DNA of 64,000 nt. Origin: the human T2T-CHM13v2.0 reference genome, Homo sapiens. This document shows positions 1 to 14,869 of this stretch, piece by piece. The notes beneath the pieces are model-generated. The model was not told where the DNA came from. It saw only the letters and a list, made by a program, of their open reading frames with translations, and made no database searches. Positions within the stretch are counted from its first letter, which is position 1. Each line of letters starts with the position of its first letter. The DNA is taken from NCBI RefSeq assembly GCF_009914755.1, contig NC_060931.1. The stretch is one strand, 5' to 3'. The position numbers and the translations under genes are program-made.

Positions 1-1749
1 TTATTCCTCCCTGCACACCCATTTTTGCTCATAAGCAAATTGCATATTACATTCACATTTGATGAGATCAACCCATGATTAGTTAATCAAATATACATGT
101 AGATCATGTATGTAGACTCTATTTTGGAAGTTTGAAGAAGAAGAAGAGACAGCATTCAAAGGGAAGACAGCATTTCTTACAATGCAAGTGTCTCAAACTT
201 CCATTCTTTTTCAGTTTGGGAGGAGGGAAGCTCAAAGGCCTGCACCTAGCTAGGTCAGTTTCAGGATTTCTGCATGTTGACAGATTCTAGTGCTTGAGGG
301 TACTATGCATGGAACTAAATCATGGATTCTAGAAATAGTGTCCTGAAGCAATAAAAGACGAGAACAATGGCCAGATATCCGAAAGCATGCCGACTACCTA
401 AGGGTGCTAAATGAAGAAAGGAATCGAGAAACCATGAGGCTGAAGATAGAGGCAGAGGGAGGTAAGACTGGGGAATTCCAGAGCAGCGCAAGACATGAGT
501 CCCTGTGGGCATTGCCGCCAGCTTGCCGATACATTAAAGAGGCTGAGGCAGAGTAAATAGGGAACGGTTTAGGGTGGCAAAATGCTAGTAGGAGGAGATT
601 TGATCAAAAGCAGAGGTGAAGGAGGCTGTCCTTAATCAACAGAGAGGATATTCCACTCTATGGGATTCAGGCAGCTAGAGGGATTGATGTGGTTGCACAC
701 AAATTTGAAGATGAAAGGGAGATGAATGATGAAGCCATTCACATCATTTCCCTTTCATTTCCTTGATACAGTTGGAGGCTAGGCCATTTGTGTAGGGTGC
801 TGGTGAGGACTAGGCAGGGGAGAGAGGAGCATGGTGAAGCCTTGCTTGCTGCTACAGGTTGCTTCCAAGGAGAGGAGAAAGACATTCCAAACAGAACTGT
901 GGGCTCAGCTGCTGCTGCAGACCACCGATGTGCCATGACACTGATCCACACAGGTGTGGGGCTTCTCCAGGAGAGCTCAGATACAGGAGTGGGGACGACC
1001 TCCTCTGGATCAGTTTGGGGATTGATCCAGACTTGGGAAATTTTCAGGACAGGCTTTCTAGAGAGATGAGGGTCTAGAGAGAGTACAGGGTGCTGACTAC
1101 TAGGAGTGAAGGAAAGAGGGGGCTGGAAATGTGTGGTTAGAAGGTTGATGCAAGAGGAGTGAGTGTGAGTTGGAGTGAGAGGTGTGTGAGAATGCAGTGG
1201 AGTGATGCCTGGAGTAGCTCTGGTGGTGGTGGATGAGGGAAATTGTAAGAACAGTGCTTAGCATGAATGAGTTTCATGAAGATCAAAATCTCCCAGATAA
1301 TAGAAGAAATTTAGTTAACGAGGAAGACTATGAATCGGGCACCTCCAACTTCAAGGAATGTAATGAAGCAGCAGGAAGGGGGAAAGCCATTGAAATTGAA
1401 TACGAGCTTCAAAACAAAGGAGCTTTTGCATAAAAAATTACAGGAGGGATGCAATTATAGTAAAGACAGGGAGGTGAAGTAGAGGATGACTGAAATATTG
1501 TGAAGGGAGAAAGGGTTATGTAACCAATGTGAGCCTTCAAGAAAATGTAGCTTATGGGATGCAGACTCTAACCCCACCTGCTCACTGCTGACTGAGTTCC
1601 AAAAAAAAGTAAAAAACAAAGGTAGCCTCTTAAGAGTAAATCAGCTTGATGTACACGTTCTTCTTCCTATGTGAACAATTGGTTCCCTGGATCATAAGTC
1701 CCCCGTGTTAAGGCAAGTCAGGTTGGTCTTTGGTTTTATGCAGCATCCA

Positions 1750-2400
1750 TCCATCTACTCTATCAGTCAGTCTGAATAGAGCACCTTTTCTATGCCAGGT
1801 ATTGTGATGGGGGCTGAGGAAATTGTTTGAAATGAAAATAGAAGTGACCCCTCCCCTTATAGCAATTCCGGTCTAGTAGAAAAGACGTGCATGAAGCAAA
1901 GGGTCACCCTCCAAATGAACAATTACCACTATGATGAGGTCAACCCAGGAGTTACAGGTACAGTGAGAACGTGCGATGTGGGATGGACCTCATAAGAGGA
2001 GTTGGGATCATCCTCCCCAGGACACAGCATTTGAGCAACACGTGGGAGCTAATCACAGCAGAGTAGCCTAGGAGCGGTCCAGCGTAGGCAATGGCCCTGT
2101 GTGCATGTGTGGGGTGGGGAGTGTGAGCACATCACAAAAGGAAAGAAGGCCAGCGCTCCACAGTCCCAAAACAGCGGGAAGCACAGTGCCAGGAGAGCAG
2201 ACAGCACCCTGGAGGCCAAATAAAAAACCTGGCATATGTTCCTGAGAGTAATGGGAAGTGATTGAAAGGTTGAGAACAAGGGAATGACAAAATTAGATTT
2301 GCTTTGAAACGATCGTTTCAAATACTCAGTGGAGAATGGACTGGGGGGAGAGGGGAGGAGAAGGTAAGATTAGATATGGAAGATCAGAGAGGTTCCAGTA
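1750..2400 (-). mobile_element. L2 LINE 3' fragment (ancient)
   Basis: Degenerate reverse-complement L2 3' end ('gagcaccttttctatgccaggtattgtgatgggggctgagg' ... 'gggaatgacaaaattagatttgc' ... 'gtggagaatggactgg'); boundaries approximate. Confidence 0.65.
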
Positions 2401-5169
2401 AAGAATGAATGATAGGAGGTGCAGAGAGCACTGAGAAGAGCACATGGCGTACGCCAAGCACTTGACAAATGTTAGCTATTAGACCTATTTAGATTTCAAA
2501 AGAAGGGCCCCAGAATGGCAAGATAGCTTAGGACCATGTCAGCTACGTGTTTATTCCTTATTTGCATATTATATCTATTTTTCCATTAGCTTCTAAAGTC
2601 AGTTTCTAGAAACCTGTCTAGTCAAAGTATAAGGATTTTTTAAATAGAGCCGGAACAAAGGAAGGTAACACACGAAATGTGTTTAACTCGCCCCTTGCTT
2701 ATTCTTTCAACTTTTAAAAACTTAAAATAGTTTCACCAGGCCCTGGTCTTGCTCCTAAGTAGATTCGTGTCCCCATGGCTGCCTCTCAGACCCGTAAATT
2801 CCTGCCGGTGCCTCAGGATTCCACAGGCTTCTTTACCGCTGCCCCCCTCGGCTTCTCTCCATGAGGCCTTCTTTAATGCTGATGAGTTTCATTTCAATTA
2901 CTGTCCCTTTCATCTCAAACACCAGTGAGGCAGAAGCAATGTATAAAGTCAAATTGTTTCTTTGAAAACTAGAATTTATTGTGTCCTAGTGTCACTTTTA
3001 TTAATTGTTGAAAGTTAATGGTATCCAGACCAACAGAATTTTGTATAAACATTTAACTTTTTTTTCATCAAAGAGAAGCCTCTCTGACATTCTATATACG
3101 GCGATGTGCCTTCTGTTGCAGACTAGTTACACGTAGTAGATTTATATACACTGAAGAACCTAGGAATTTGACCCTTGAATAACATCACTAAGAAAAATCA
3201 TGTTCAGATCAGGACAGAGCGGAACCTACCATACAGGTAACTGGGAGTCTTTTAAACACTGCCTGCTTGACTCCCACTTTACCTCCTGGGGGATCTTCCA
3301 CACTTCTGTCCCCGTTACACAGGCTCAAGTTGTGTTGGCCATAATGGACTTTCAGGAAAAGAGCAATCCTCTTTCTTGGATTCAGAGCCAGATTCACTTG
3401 GAGGGAAGCATAGAAAATTATCCTCTAGATAACATGAGGAGAAGAAAAGTAAGATGCCTTTTGCTTTATTTTTGGCCTAAACTATTTGGAGAAAAATTCC
3501 TGGGAAGATATCAAAGGAACCCTAACTTCAACGTTAGAAATATTTTAGCAAAACATGACACCCTGGGGAACAAGAAGTTATTCCGGAGGCATAATTTCTC
3601 CCCAGGGTAGGCAGAGTCCTTATAATCATTGCCCCCAAGAGGGTCTTGTACCTTGTGATTTGAGAATAAATTGAGAACAAATCTTAGTAGTTAGGATGAA
3701 TGCCAAAATTCACACCAGTCACTCCTGACTTTTCAGAGAAGCATGTGGATTTCTTGCACACTTAATGCGTTGATCAATTGCCTGCCTGCGTGCATCTCAA
3801 CAGACGCTTAGTTTTCATTATAGATGTAGCATTGCCCATTCGGCTCTGTTCTCAAAATTGGATTGTGAAAATAATTCTTAGCAATGCTGCTTTAATTTAT
3901 CTACAGAAACTTCATAAAAGCCATTTTATTAGATGAGCCAGAGTCATACTCTATGTCTGATGTGCTGCACGTGGCAAGCAGCATGATTTATATCCTGGTG
4001 CACAGTCTGCCATAGGCAGGCATTTTAATGCTATGCCGATTATTTAGATGTATTCAGAATCTTGCCCTTTCTTGCCAATGGACACTAAGCTTTCTCCAAG
4101 AGCTTTATGTATGTGTCAAGATATTCTTTCCCTCTGAGAGATGCCAAAACCAGATTTATCCCCAAGGTTAAAGAAATGAGGGAGATGTCCTTTGCTTTTC
4201 TCCACTTCTTACTCCCAGAAAATAATTCATCTACATCCACACAGAGACAGTTCTTGGCATGAACAAAGGTGTCCCAAGGGAAACCAGGAGGCATCCATGC
4301 AATTGTTCGTGATTGTATCATGATGTATTTAGCATATTGGCTGACGTTTAGGTTTAAACACTAGTCTGACCCAAAATAAGGCAAAACAAAACAAAATTTG
4401 TAAATATTCACTCATGTTTTTATCATACTTTACAAAATGGGTTGAAAATGGAGTGACAAATGTAGAACTTGCAAAATGTCGATATAGTCCAGCAGGTAAA
4501 GAAATCTAATATCAGAAATTTTTTTTTTTTTTAAAGCCATGTACCAGCTTTTTTCCAGTTAAGTTTCTCTGATTTTCTTCCTTGAATCTGAGATAATTTG
4601 TATATAAAATCTATCTTCAATCACATAAGCAGAGTCTTTTTGTTGTCGTTGTTGTTTTTGGTTGTGAAAAAAAAAGATTTTTTTTCTTTCCCCTTTGCCA
4701 CTTATATAGCAGATGCTTCATGCTAACATTTATTTCAACACACATCCAGGCATGACTGGGCTTCAAGTAGGTAGAAGCAGGAAGGATGGGGTTAACAATG
4801 TATGGAAGCTATTACAGTGCAGATAATATTTATGGAATGTTACTTTTATCTCTCTCTTGCTTTATTTCTTTATTTAAGATTTCCCTTAAGAAAACTGTTT
4901 TGAGATCGGTAATGATTTCACTATGTATGAGCATCTCATATGTGTAACTCTCAGGTGAATTGTCCCATTCAGTCAATGATATTTTTAAGTGCAGCTGTCA
5001 TTGTTTACAGAGAAAGAAGATATATAGTCACAAATGTATTAAACAGATCTATTAGGCAGAAGCAACCTGGAACATAATCTGAACTTACTGCCTAGAATCA
5101 TCTCTCTCTCCCTTAGAGGTGGGCCTGTGCTATAATTCACATTGGTGGGGCTTGAGAAATAAGGAGGGA

Positions 5170-5304
5170 TGGACCAGGTGCCAAACCTGCCAGCACCTTG
5201 ATCTTGGACTTCCCAGACTCCAGAACTGTGAGAAATAAATTTCTGTTGCTTCTAAGCTACCCAGCCTATGGTATTTGTTACAGCATCCCAAATACACTAA
5301 GACA
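5170..5304 (+). mobile_element. MLT1 (ERVL-MaLR) LTR 3' portion
   Basis: 'gccagcaccttgatcttggacttcccagactccagaactgtgagaaataaatttctgttg...ctaagaca' is the typical MLT1 LTR 3' end. Confidence 0.85.
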
Positions 5305-6510
5305 TAGATCAATGGAATAAAACAGAGAGTCCAGAAGTAGATGCATACACGCATGGCCAATGGATTTTCAACAAAGGCACCAAGACAATTCATGGGATAA
5401 ATAATAGCTTTTCCTACAAATGATGTGGCAACAACTATTTAATATATATCCATATTTTTAAAAAGGAATCTCAACCCTTATTCTCATACCATACATAAAA
5501 TTTAACTCAGAATGGATCATAAACCTAAACATAAGAACTAATATATAAAACTGCTAAAAGAAAATACAGAAGAAAATCATCATGTAGAGAGCATCAAAGA
5601 TTTCTTAGGACACAAACCATTAAATAATGACAATTGGATTTCATGAAAATTAAAAACTCTGCTTTTTGAAAATATTGTTAAGAAAATGAAAAGGCAAGCC
5701 ACAATATATTTTTTAAAACTCAACAACTAAATTAGACAAACAACATAACAAAGAATGAGGAAAATATTTGAACGGACACTATACAAAAGAAAATAATCAA
5801 GTGACTAATAAGCACATGATGAAATGCTCAGTGTCAGTAGTCACCATGAGACACCACTTCACACTCCCTAGAATGAGTAAATAAAAAAGATCAACAATAC
5901 CAAGCATTGGAGAAGATATGGAGCAATGAGAACTCTCCTACATTGTTGATCAGAACATAAAATGATACAACCAATTAAAAAACAGTTTTAAAGTTTCTTG
6001 CAAAGTTAAACACACACTTTCCATACAACTGGCAATCCCATGCCTAGCTATTTACTCAAGGGAAATCAAAACACTGGTCTATAGGAAGACTTGTACATGA
6101 ATGCTCACAGCAGCTATAATCATATTAGTCAAAAACTGGGAGCAATCTAATGCCCATCAGCATGTAAATACATGAATTATGACACATCCATACACGGGAA
6201 TACTAGCTAGCAATGAAAAGAAATGAACAACATGGATGAACCTCAAAAACTTGCAGAATGACACAAGCTAGATACAAAAGGAGTACATACTATCTGATGC
6301 CATTTGTACGAAACTCTAGGAAGGCCCAAAGCAATCTATAGTGATAGAAAAGCCAGCCAGAGGGTGTGTGGAGATGGGAGTTAGGCGGAACTGACTGGGA
6401 ATGGGCACAAGAAAGTTTTGGGGGTGATTGAAGTGTTCTGTGTCTTGATTGTGATGATGGTTATATACGTATATAATTTTGTCAAAACTCATTGAAAAGT
6501 GCACATGAAA
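5305..6510 (+). mobile_element. Old L1 (L1M-type) ORF2 3' end plus 3' UTR
   Basis: 'tagatcaatggaataaaacagagagtccaga...ttttcaacaaaggcaccaagacaattca' through 'gtcaaaactcattgaa'; many stop codons. Confidence 0.85.
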
Positions 6511-8042
6511 AAGCTCTGGTTTGTCTCTGGGTTTTACCTGTTTTTAGGGACAGGCTGTGGAATATGTACACGTTGTTCTGGCCTCCACGTCCCCCTGGGG
6601 AATGCTGGGGACTTCCTGCAGCCTGCCTGGGCTGAAGGAGAGCCTGTGGGCTCACACCTTAGAAGAGGGAAGCTGGCTTCACCGGCCAGCTGCAGGCTTT
6701 TAAGGAGGCAGGAGCTGGAGGGGAAGTTGTGTCCTGTGGAGACTGGATGGGGTCACTCCATTTTCAACCCTGGGCCTCACAACACTAGGAAGCTGCACCA
6801 AAGCTCTGCTAAGAGTCAGTTATATTAGGGTGATTTTGCCTTATTTTATTGCTCCCAATTCCTAGTTTTCAGTCTCGAAGTCACCCTGAGGTGGCCCACT
6901 TTCCTTCCTGCAGGCATGGTCTGCCTAGCTGCAGTCACAACGTCTGCAGAAAAGTCAGTTTTCATCAGAGACTGCTGGTCTCACCAGCAGAAGTAGAGGG
7001 AATCCCGGTCCTCACCCAGTCTCATTCCCAAACCTCTTGTGAGTGACCAGAAGGACTGGGGCTTACCAGCTCCCTGCTTTTTGCATCAGGAAGGCACCAA
7101 ACTCCAAGTCCAGAGTAGACTCTGCCTTACAATCCAGGAGATATACCCAGAGAGAGGTTGCCATACCCACGGGGGTACTATACATACCATTACACATCAG
7201 CTGGAATGGACACAAGGAACTTAGTGCGGTTTTCTTCTCTGTTTTTGCCTTCCTGGTGTCCTCTCCTTTACCATATGGTGTGATCACCCTCTAGGGGTCA
7301 AATGCCTCTTCGCATCCACACGAACATTCAGACTCACTTCAAGCCAAGGAAAATCTCTAATGCTGTAGATGTTTACCTCTTCAGCCCTCTCACAGAGGGC
7401 AAAGAGGAAGCCTGTGGGAGGGCCACAGAGCAACACAGTGGCTGCTGGAAATATTTTCCTGACTCAAAAGAAGGCAACTTAACGAGTGCAGGAGTAACCC
7501 AAGCGCTCGCCTACTTTCCCGGACCCACTCCTGCTGTCCAGAGTCACTTTCAAATACACCTGGGGAAATGGGCTTTGTCATAGTCTCACCCTGCTCTCTG
7601 CTTCTACATCTGATAACCTCCTTCCTATTGCTCTTACTCCTTCCTTCATTCCTCACAAAGTTCAATACAAGAGAATAGGATGTAAGGTTTTTGGGGTAGC
7701 TGAGAGGAACTATAGCACCAGACAGGAAATAATTCCAAGTTCACTTCTGGGCATTACTAAAGAAAGAACCCAGGGGCCATCTGACACCATAGTGGAGTTC
7801 TTTCCTGGCCTGCCCTTCCCATCTCCCAGGATTTTCTCCTCTTCAAGAGATTCTCCTTCATACTGCAAATTGCCAAATTCTTATTATTCTCTTTTCCTAT
7901 TTAAGGCCTACCCAAGTGGCCTTATTTTTGTAATTATCTTAAGGTATCTTCCTCACTAAAAGATGATTTTGCCTTCTTCCTAAGAAGATAGGTTCAAAGT
8001 AGCACCAGGCTTTTGAAATTCTTTCTCCCCATTCTGCCTTTC

Positions 8043-8217
8043 ATATATGTCTGTGTGTGCATATGTGCACATATGTGTGTAAGTACATATATGTGTGTGT
8101 TGTTTTGTGTATGTACATGTATGAGCATGTGACTGTATGTGTGTATTTTGTATACATTTATGTATATGTGTGTATGTGTGTGTTGTGTGCATATTTGCAT
8201 GTGTGTGCATGTGTATG
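8043..8217. repeat. Degenerate (TG)n/(TA)n alternating purine-pyrimidine tract
   Basis: Directly visible tgtgtg/tatatg/catgt mosaic of about 175 bp. Confidence 0.9.
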
Positions 8218-10139
8218 TTATAGTCACCCAAACATGGTTTACTTTATCCTTGCTTTTGGAGAGGAAGTAATTCTAGTCAAATGAGTCCAAATTACTATTT
8301 TTAAATTTTATTTAACCATTTTAGTAACAAACAATGTCTTGTTAGTGTGTACACAATTTTCACATTGGCATGGAACTTTGTCATTTGCTGATTATTGGAC
8401 TTTTTCCCAAACACTTGTTTTGACTTACACAACTCCCCGAAGAAAATAGCTCCCAGTAGCAGTTTGCTTCCCTGAGGACCTAAAACTGGGCTCTGAATCT
8501 TTGACAGCAACTCACAATGTGGTTCTCAGAGATACAGAAGATCAGATGACTTCTTTAAGCTTTTCTCCCAAAGTGTGCACCACGAAGAGGTGGATCCAGT
8601 CCCCACTGACCGAGGCCACCCCACATGGAGCCCTCCTTGATGCTGAGTTAGAATGGTCTTCGCTTCACTCTCTTGTACGCAGGAAGCAGCTACAGTAGCG
8701 CCATGTCTTTGTTCCCTCCAGAAGCCGATTAACCCTTTGGGTAAAATATAAATTTTCTGACCTAGCTGCAGTTTCTTATTTCCTAGTCTCCCCTTCAGCA
8801 CCAGACATAGGAAGCATGAAAGCTTAGCATCAGCGTGGAAAATATGACTCAAATGCAACACTTGCTCATTCCAGACGGCAACATGTTCCCTAAATGTAAA
8901 GCAAACTGTAACAGGAAACCTGATTTTCATTACAAGAGAGGAGTCTGTGTGTAGCTAAAAAGAATCTGACCAGAAAGGAATCAGTCAGTAATTCTACAGG
9001 CTCAAGAACCAAATGATCCTGTAGCAAAGAAGAAATGTGAATCAGAGAGAGAACTAAGCCCTGGCATTCATGTGTCAAGGCTCCCGATGGTGCTGAAATC
9101 TCAGAACATTTATTATCTTCCTTATGTCAGCGCTTCCTCTCAGTGCCGGCTCCTTGCCCCGTTTGCTCACTGCATACACCTGGAAGGCAGGTGAGCTTTG
9201 TCCGTGGTCCTCTCAGCTCAGTTTTTAGTCTCTTCTTTCCCCAGCCTTCTCTGCTCAAGAGACCATAACCATGGTGCCCCAGTGGTCTCCAGCAAGGTGT
9301 GCGTTTTCCCAGTGACTGGCATCAAGTGCAACAGGCGTCAAGTAGTTGGGGGATGCTGGAATGAATGGATCTCCTTCCTCGTCTGACTCACAAGAGAGCT
9401 ACTCTCTTGCCTTCACCTATGTAGCCCAGCTCTCAACCCAATGAACAAATCTACACAGAGATGTTCATCAATAAAGAGCAGCTTAATGAGTTACCAGCTC
9501 AACCATAATCACAGAAGCAATGCCTTCACTCAATAAAGGAAACTGTAATTGTGACAGCAAGAGACACAAACTCCCCAGAAATAAAACGTAACAGGACCAT
9601 TCCTATTTACTTCTAATGGATAGTCCTGATCTATCGCATAGAACATTTCCCTTCCAAATTTTAAATAATTAGTGAATAATAAACTCTGACATAATTTTGA
9701 GATAAAAAAACACACAATCACAATCCACTGGAAGATCTGGCTCCTTTCTCTAAATTTTGAGCTGGGTGGCTTTATTACATTTTTGTGTAAGAGTCCATCC
9801 TGAGTTCTATTCAGCCAGGATCCCTGTGCTGATCCATGGTGGTTTAGAGTCAGTCTGCCCCTTCCCTCCCAGCCCAACTCCCTGGAGTGACTGAAACTGA
9901 GAATTAGGCTTCCAAACTTCCTCACAGCTCCACAGATGTGGACTGAGTAAGAGGTTGTCCTGGGACCGCACTCAAAGTTTTGGAGCGGATCTGGCCTCAG
10001 GCCCCAGCCTGGGTTCGCACACTCCTCAGATGTCCCTGCATGCGTAGCCTAGGAGTCACAGCCAGGAGCTTCAGCCTCCAGGTGTGATTCCCGGGGAACC
10101 ACAGAATCTTGGCTAACTGCCTCTAGTTGGCCTCCAAGC

Positions 10140-10410
10140 TTCAAGCATGCCCCACTTCAACCTAGAACACTCTTCTCTAGCCTCCTCAGAAGACCAACTG
10201 ACTCCTATTTATTTATCCTCCCATTTCCAGTGTGTCCTCTGGACTTATCATGATCTGCGATGCCTGATAAATTCCTTTATATGGCATTCATCGCATTTGT
10301 AACAATTTGCCTAGAGCCTATGTCCCCTGTAAAACTATATTACCATGAGGAGCTAGCTCAGAACCAGACTTTGGTAAGATACTTGCAAATACCTGTTGAA
10401 TTAATGATAG
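10140..10410 (+). mobile_element. L2 3' fragment
   Basis: Ends 'aagatacttgcaaatacctgttgaattaatga', resembling the L2 terminus. Confidence 0.55.
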
Positions 10411-10589
10411 AACTCACCCAACCACCATACCTAAAGTGAAAGGTGACTATGTCCTTTCAGGCTTTATCTGAATCATGGTGATTGCATTAAACTTGAATAG
10501 AAAAATTATAACTTGGGAAAGTGACCAAAGAAGAAGGGGAAAACCTAGTTACAATATACCCAAGAAACATTATAAAATACTGGGACAAA

Positions 10590-10790
10590 CACAGGCTCTG
10601 AAGGCATGTCACTATGGGTCAAGGTCCAAACCTGTCTCACATGAGCTATGTGAGTCTAGTAAAATCATGTAAACTTGTTGTGCTGCATTTTCATTTGTAA
10701 AATGAGGATAAGACTACTACGGAACTGATGGAACCACCATGAAAATTATGTAAAGTAACACACACACATAGAACACAATTAAGAAATAGC
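10590..10790 (+). mobile_element. MIR SINE
   Basis: 'gagctatgtgagtctagtaaaatc...ttttcatttgtaaaatgaggataag' MIR core. Confidence 0.6.
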
Positions 10791-11813
10791 ATATTGTCCT
10801 CATCATTCAAAGCAGGGTCACTACCTTCATCAAAGACACTGCTCTGACAGTGAGGCCAGATCCCCACCATCACCATAGTGGGCCATCTCCTCTCCTAACC
10901 TCCCCTCTCATATTTCACAGGCTGGGAGCAAGACCAATTTTGGGGAAAATGCTGTATTATGAAGTGATATAAGGTGCTAAAATGTTTAGAAAAGTTTTTG
11001 GTCACACATTATACATGTTCTCCACCTAATTCAAGTTTGGTAAACTTTGCCATAACACTCTTGGCCATGTATAAGAATTAAAAAAAAAAAAGTCAGTAAT
11101 GATTAAACTCAAACCAGAACTGGACTCACTGGTTTGCCTTGCCAGGTCCCTTCATTGAGGAAGATGCCTGTAACAAACTGTAGAGCCAGGATAGCAAAGT
11201 CCTAGGATTCAGCACTCGGGCTTAGTACCAGGACCCAATCCGAATTCTGCAAACAGCGTCATGATATTCCCTGGGATGAATAAGGACCCCAGGGCTCTGC
11301 CTCTGTCAATTGAACTGAAAAGAAAGTTCTAGGGAAGAATGAGCTGTCATGAATCTAAGCAGCCATTGGCTCTTGGCACTTGTGCTGGAAACAGAAGTTG
11401 GCTCTAAGTCAAAGCTATAAAAGGGGTTGTGTGTGGAATACGTGTAGCTAAGCAGCTGCTGACATTGCAGAGTTCTACATAAAATCCCCAGGTCGGTTTC
11501 AGACATTACAACTAGGAGATCTCTTTATAGCCTTCACCGGCAATTTCAGTCAGGTTTCCTTAGGGGAATAGAAGATGCCAGGTTGAAACAGCTACATGTT
11601 CCAAGCCTGCAAGTCCTCATGTCCTTCATTCCATATTTCTCCCAAATAAAAAGATGTGAGTGTGGTAGGGCACAGAGAGAGAAGCAGGACAAACCCCAAG
11701 CCTGCTTAGATGGAGGAGAGAGGATTGAAAGTTGGAGCAGGACACTGGAATTAAATATAATGGTGAGTGACATGGCCTGGAGTTAGTGAATTATTTGGAC
11801 AAAGCATTTGTTA

Positions 11814-12130
<317 letters not shown>

Positions 12131-12769
12131 TCAGAGACAGCATAGTAATTTTCCAGCTAACCTACTTTTGATCAGTTTAAAGAGGTGGAGGTATCATGAA
12201 TCTCAACAATCTTCCTCAGCCAACCTTTTGCACCTCTCCCATCGTGCCTTTCACTAAAGCTGCTGTGCTAGCATTGTGTCTCCTTTCTACTTCCCTGCCA
12301 GAGAAGTTCGTGAGTAGTAAAAATGACTTAAGGGCATGTAGCAGAAGGGAGGCGAAGGGAGGAGGAGGAGGAACCAAGGCCCTAGATAATCTTTAAATTG
12401 TATGATCGAGTTCCAGAAATTTGACTTCATCTGTGTTAAGGAGTTTTTAATAAAATAAATCTTATAATCAAAGAATGTTAGAGCTGGAAGAGACCTTTAT
12501 AGAGATCCTTAGAACCCTATCTATTTAAGGGTATAGATAAGGCCACATTTATCCCAGAATAAAGGACTGATAAGAATGTTTCAGAAAATAAATTTTGGAG
12601 GTTGGATAGTCATTTATGCAACTGACAAGATGCTCAGTATGTTTGCAGCAAGGAATGAAGAGGCATTAGGTTCAAGAAAGAGAAAGTAATGTTTTGAAGA
12701 ATTACTGAAAGGCAATGCAGGAACAAGACTAGATAATGTTCAGAGTTGGTCTTTGTCACTAGAGGAGAG

Positions 12770-13930
12770 TAACATTTATTGGAAGCCTACTATGCGGCAT
12801 GTGTTTTCCCATGCCCTATCTCCTTTAATCCCCATCATAGACCCTTCTGATCATATGCTAGTGGCACCTGCCAAGACTGCAGAGAGTGAGAGGGTACCAG
12901 GGAAGACTATGGAATAAGCAGGGCCCATATTGGCTCTTGAATGAGGAGCAGTGAGCTCAGCAACATGGCAGGGAAGAAGAGATGTGCTCTTGAGGCCAAG
13001 ACAGCAGGGTGAGTTAAGTCTCTGAAACCAGAGGGAGCATGGCATGGGGAAGGTCTGGTGGGAGCTTTGAGAGGGAGAAAATGAATGCATTGAGGAGCAG
13101 GCAGGAGCCAGACTGAAAAGGGTGAAGTAAGTCATGCAAGGATGTGTCACCTTCAACTTGAAGGACACGGGAATAGCTGAAATAATTCAAGGAGGAAGGA
13201 TGAGAAGAGAAATGATCATTTTTATCTCTAGAAAAATTGTTCCTGCTCTAGTTGGAAAGACTACAAGATTGGAGTCAGAGAGATCAGAGAAGAGGTTTCC
13301 AGGAGGGAAATGATAAAGTAAGTGAAGAATTTGCTTTCCTCTGTTCACTCTAGAACATTTCCAAAGTGTGGGTGACAGGCCTTGTGATAGTAAGAAAGAG
13401 GTTAAATATTTTGAACAGTATGCGGAAGAAACAGGAGAAAGATTGCAGAGTTTGTAGAAGAAAAAGAATAATTTCTGCAAGAAAGGGAGAGACTATAGAT
13501 TAAGGTAGGTCTAAGAGGAGCCATCACTGCTTCAGCCCACAGCTGCTGTTCCCAGGAGGGGCTGCAGGATGACACGTCACAAGCAAAGAGCCACAAGACA
13601 GAGCTTGGAAAGGTCCATTGTTTTTGTCATTTTTACTCTGGCCAATCATATCTAAAAGACCATTATACAGGCAGTTATCTGAACAAACAGGAGCCTTTTA
13701 TTAGCAGTTGGGAAACTTAACAAGAAAAGTAGAGGCAGATTTAATTCCCAAGGACTTCAGTTGGGCAATCAGAAATTCAACTGTGATGAGATAAAGTATT
13801 TAATCAATTGTCTTTCTGGTTCAGAATAGGAAACTGGGTCTTAGAGTGAGCAAGTGACTGGCTCGATGGCATCTATATAGTGAGTGGTGGGGTTGGGATT
13901 CAAACCCACACTCGTTTTATTTCAAAGTCA
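12770..13930 (-). mobile_element. MIR halves (~12770-12850 and ~13825-13930) separated by purine-rich, probably L2-derived sequence
   Basis: 'aacatttattggaagcctactatgc...tttaatcccc' and 'ggaaactgggtcttagag...gggattcaaaccca' are the two parts of an antisense MIR. Confidence 0.5.
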
Positions 13931-14869
13931 CTAAACTGTAGTGCCTCCATGACATAAAAACTCTTGTGATAATTTATATACTTTGGCAACATATTATAAA
14001 AGTATTTCTAAGAGGACTCCATACACAATTGTTTTAAATGTTGAAGGGCTAGGTCTGTTGAGTTGTTTCATTAGATAGGTGGTTCTGATGTGTTTCCTGG
14101 ATAGTTCCAAACTGGAGGAGAAATCCTAGATCCACAATAACAATGAAAATAGCATTTCTCTAATTTTAGCTGCCCCACACTCTGTTATTGAGGACTTCCA
14201 GCCACTTAGTGAAGCAGCACTTTCAGTTCTAATTGAAGTCTCCTCTTCCCAGTTGGCAGAAACTTGTAGAAGTGACAGATAGCATACAAGCCTCAGAAGT
14301 GTACCTTCTCCGAATGCTGATACCTTGTCTTTGGACTGCCTTAGTACCTAGGGTCTTTTCTAAAAGTCTTGCTTTCTTGATGGCTGTCTGTGTCAATGCA
14401 AATAGAACCATGGCAGGCCTTCCTCACATTCCCTCCAGAGGTGCCTGGACATTTCAAATTGTGGAACTCAAGCTTCTGCCCTCATGGCATAGGTTAACAT
14501 TCATCCACAGGCAATGATCAAGGTAGTCAATTACTACATGTGTTTGGTTGTTTTTAATAGACCTATTTATAATCCATAAGGAGATCCAGCTTGATAATAT
14601 AATCAATTATAATAGATCCTTGGAAGTATATTTGATTATCAGAAAATAGCAAGCATAATTTTTCTATATGGCTCAAACTGACACAAAAGACGGATCCTAG
14701 AGAAGTTTGGGGAATTGGTATGGTCACAGGAACATGTGTACAGACGTTCAGGCCTATTTCTTTGGCAGATAGCATTTATCCAGAGGTTTAGTTTTGTTCT
14801 AAAGTTAATCTCGCTGCTGTTAGTCATACCTCCAGCATCATTCTACTTTGAATGTATGATAGGACAGGG

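Noticed and set aside
315-1500. Purine-rich segment with several short ORFs
   Set aside because: Probably very old antisense L2 internal sequence, too degenerate to call; the ORFs have no recognisable product
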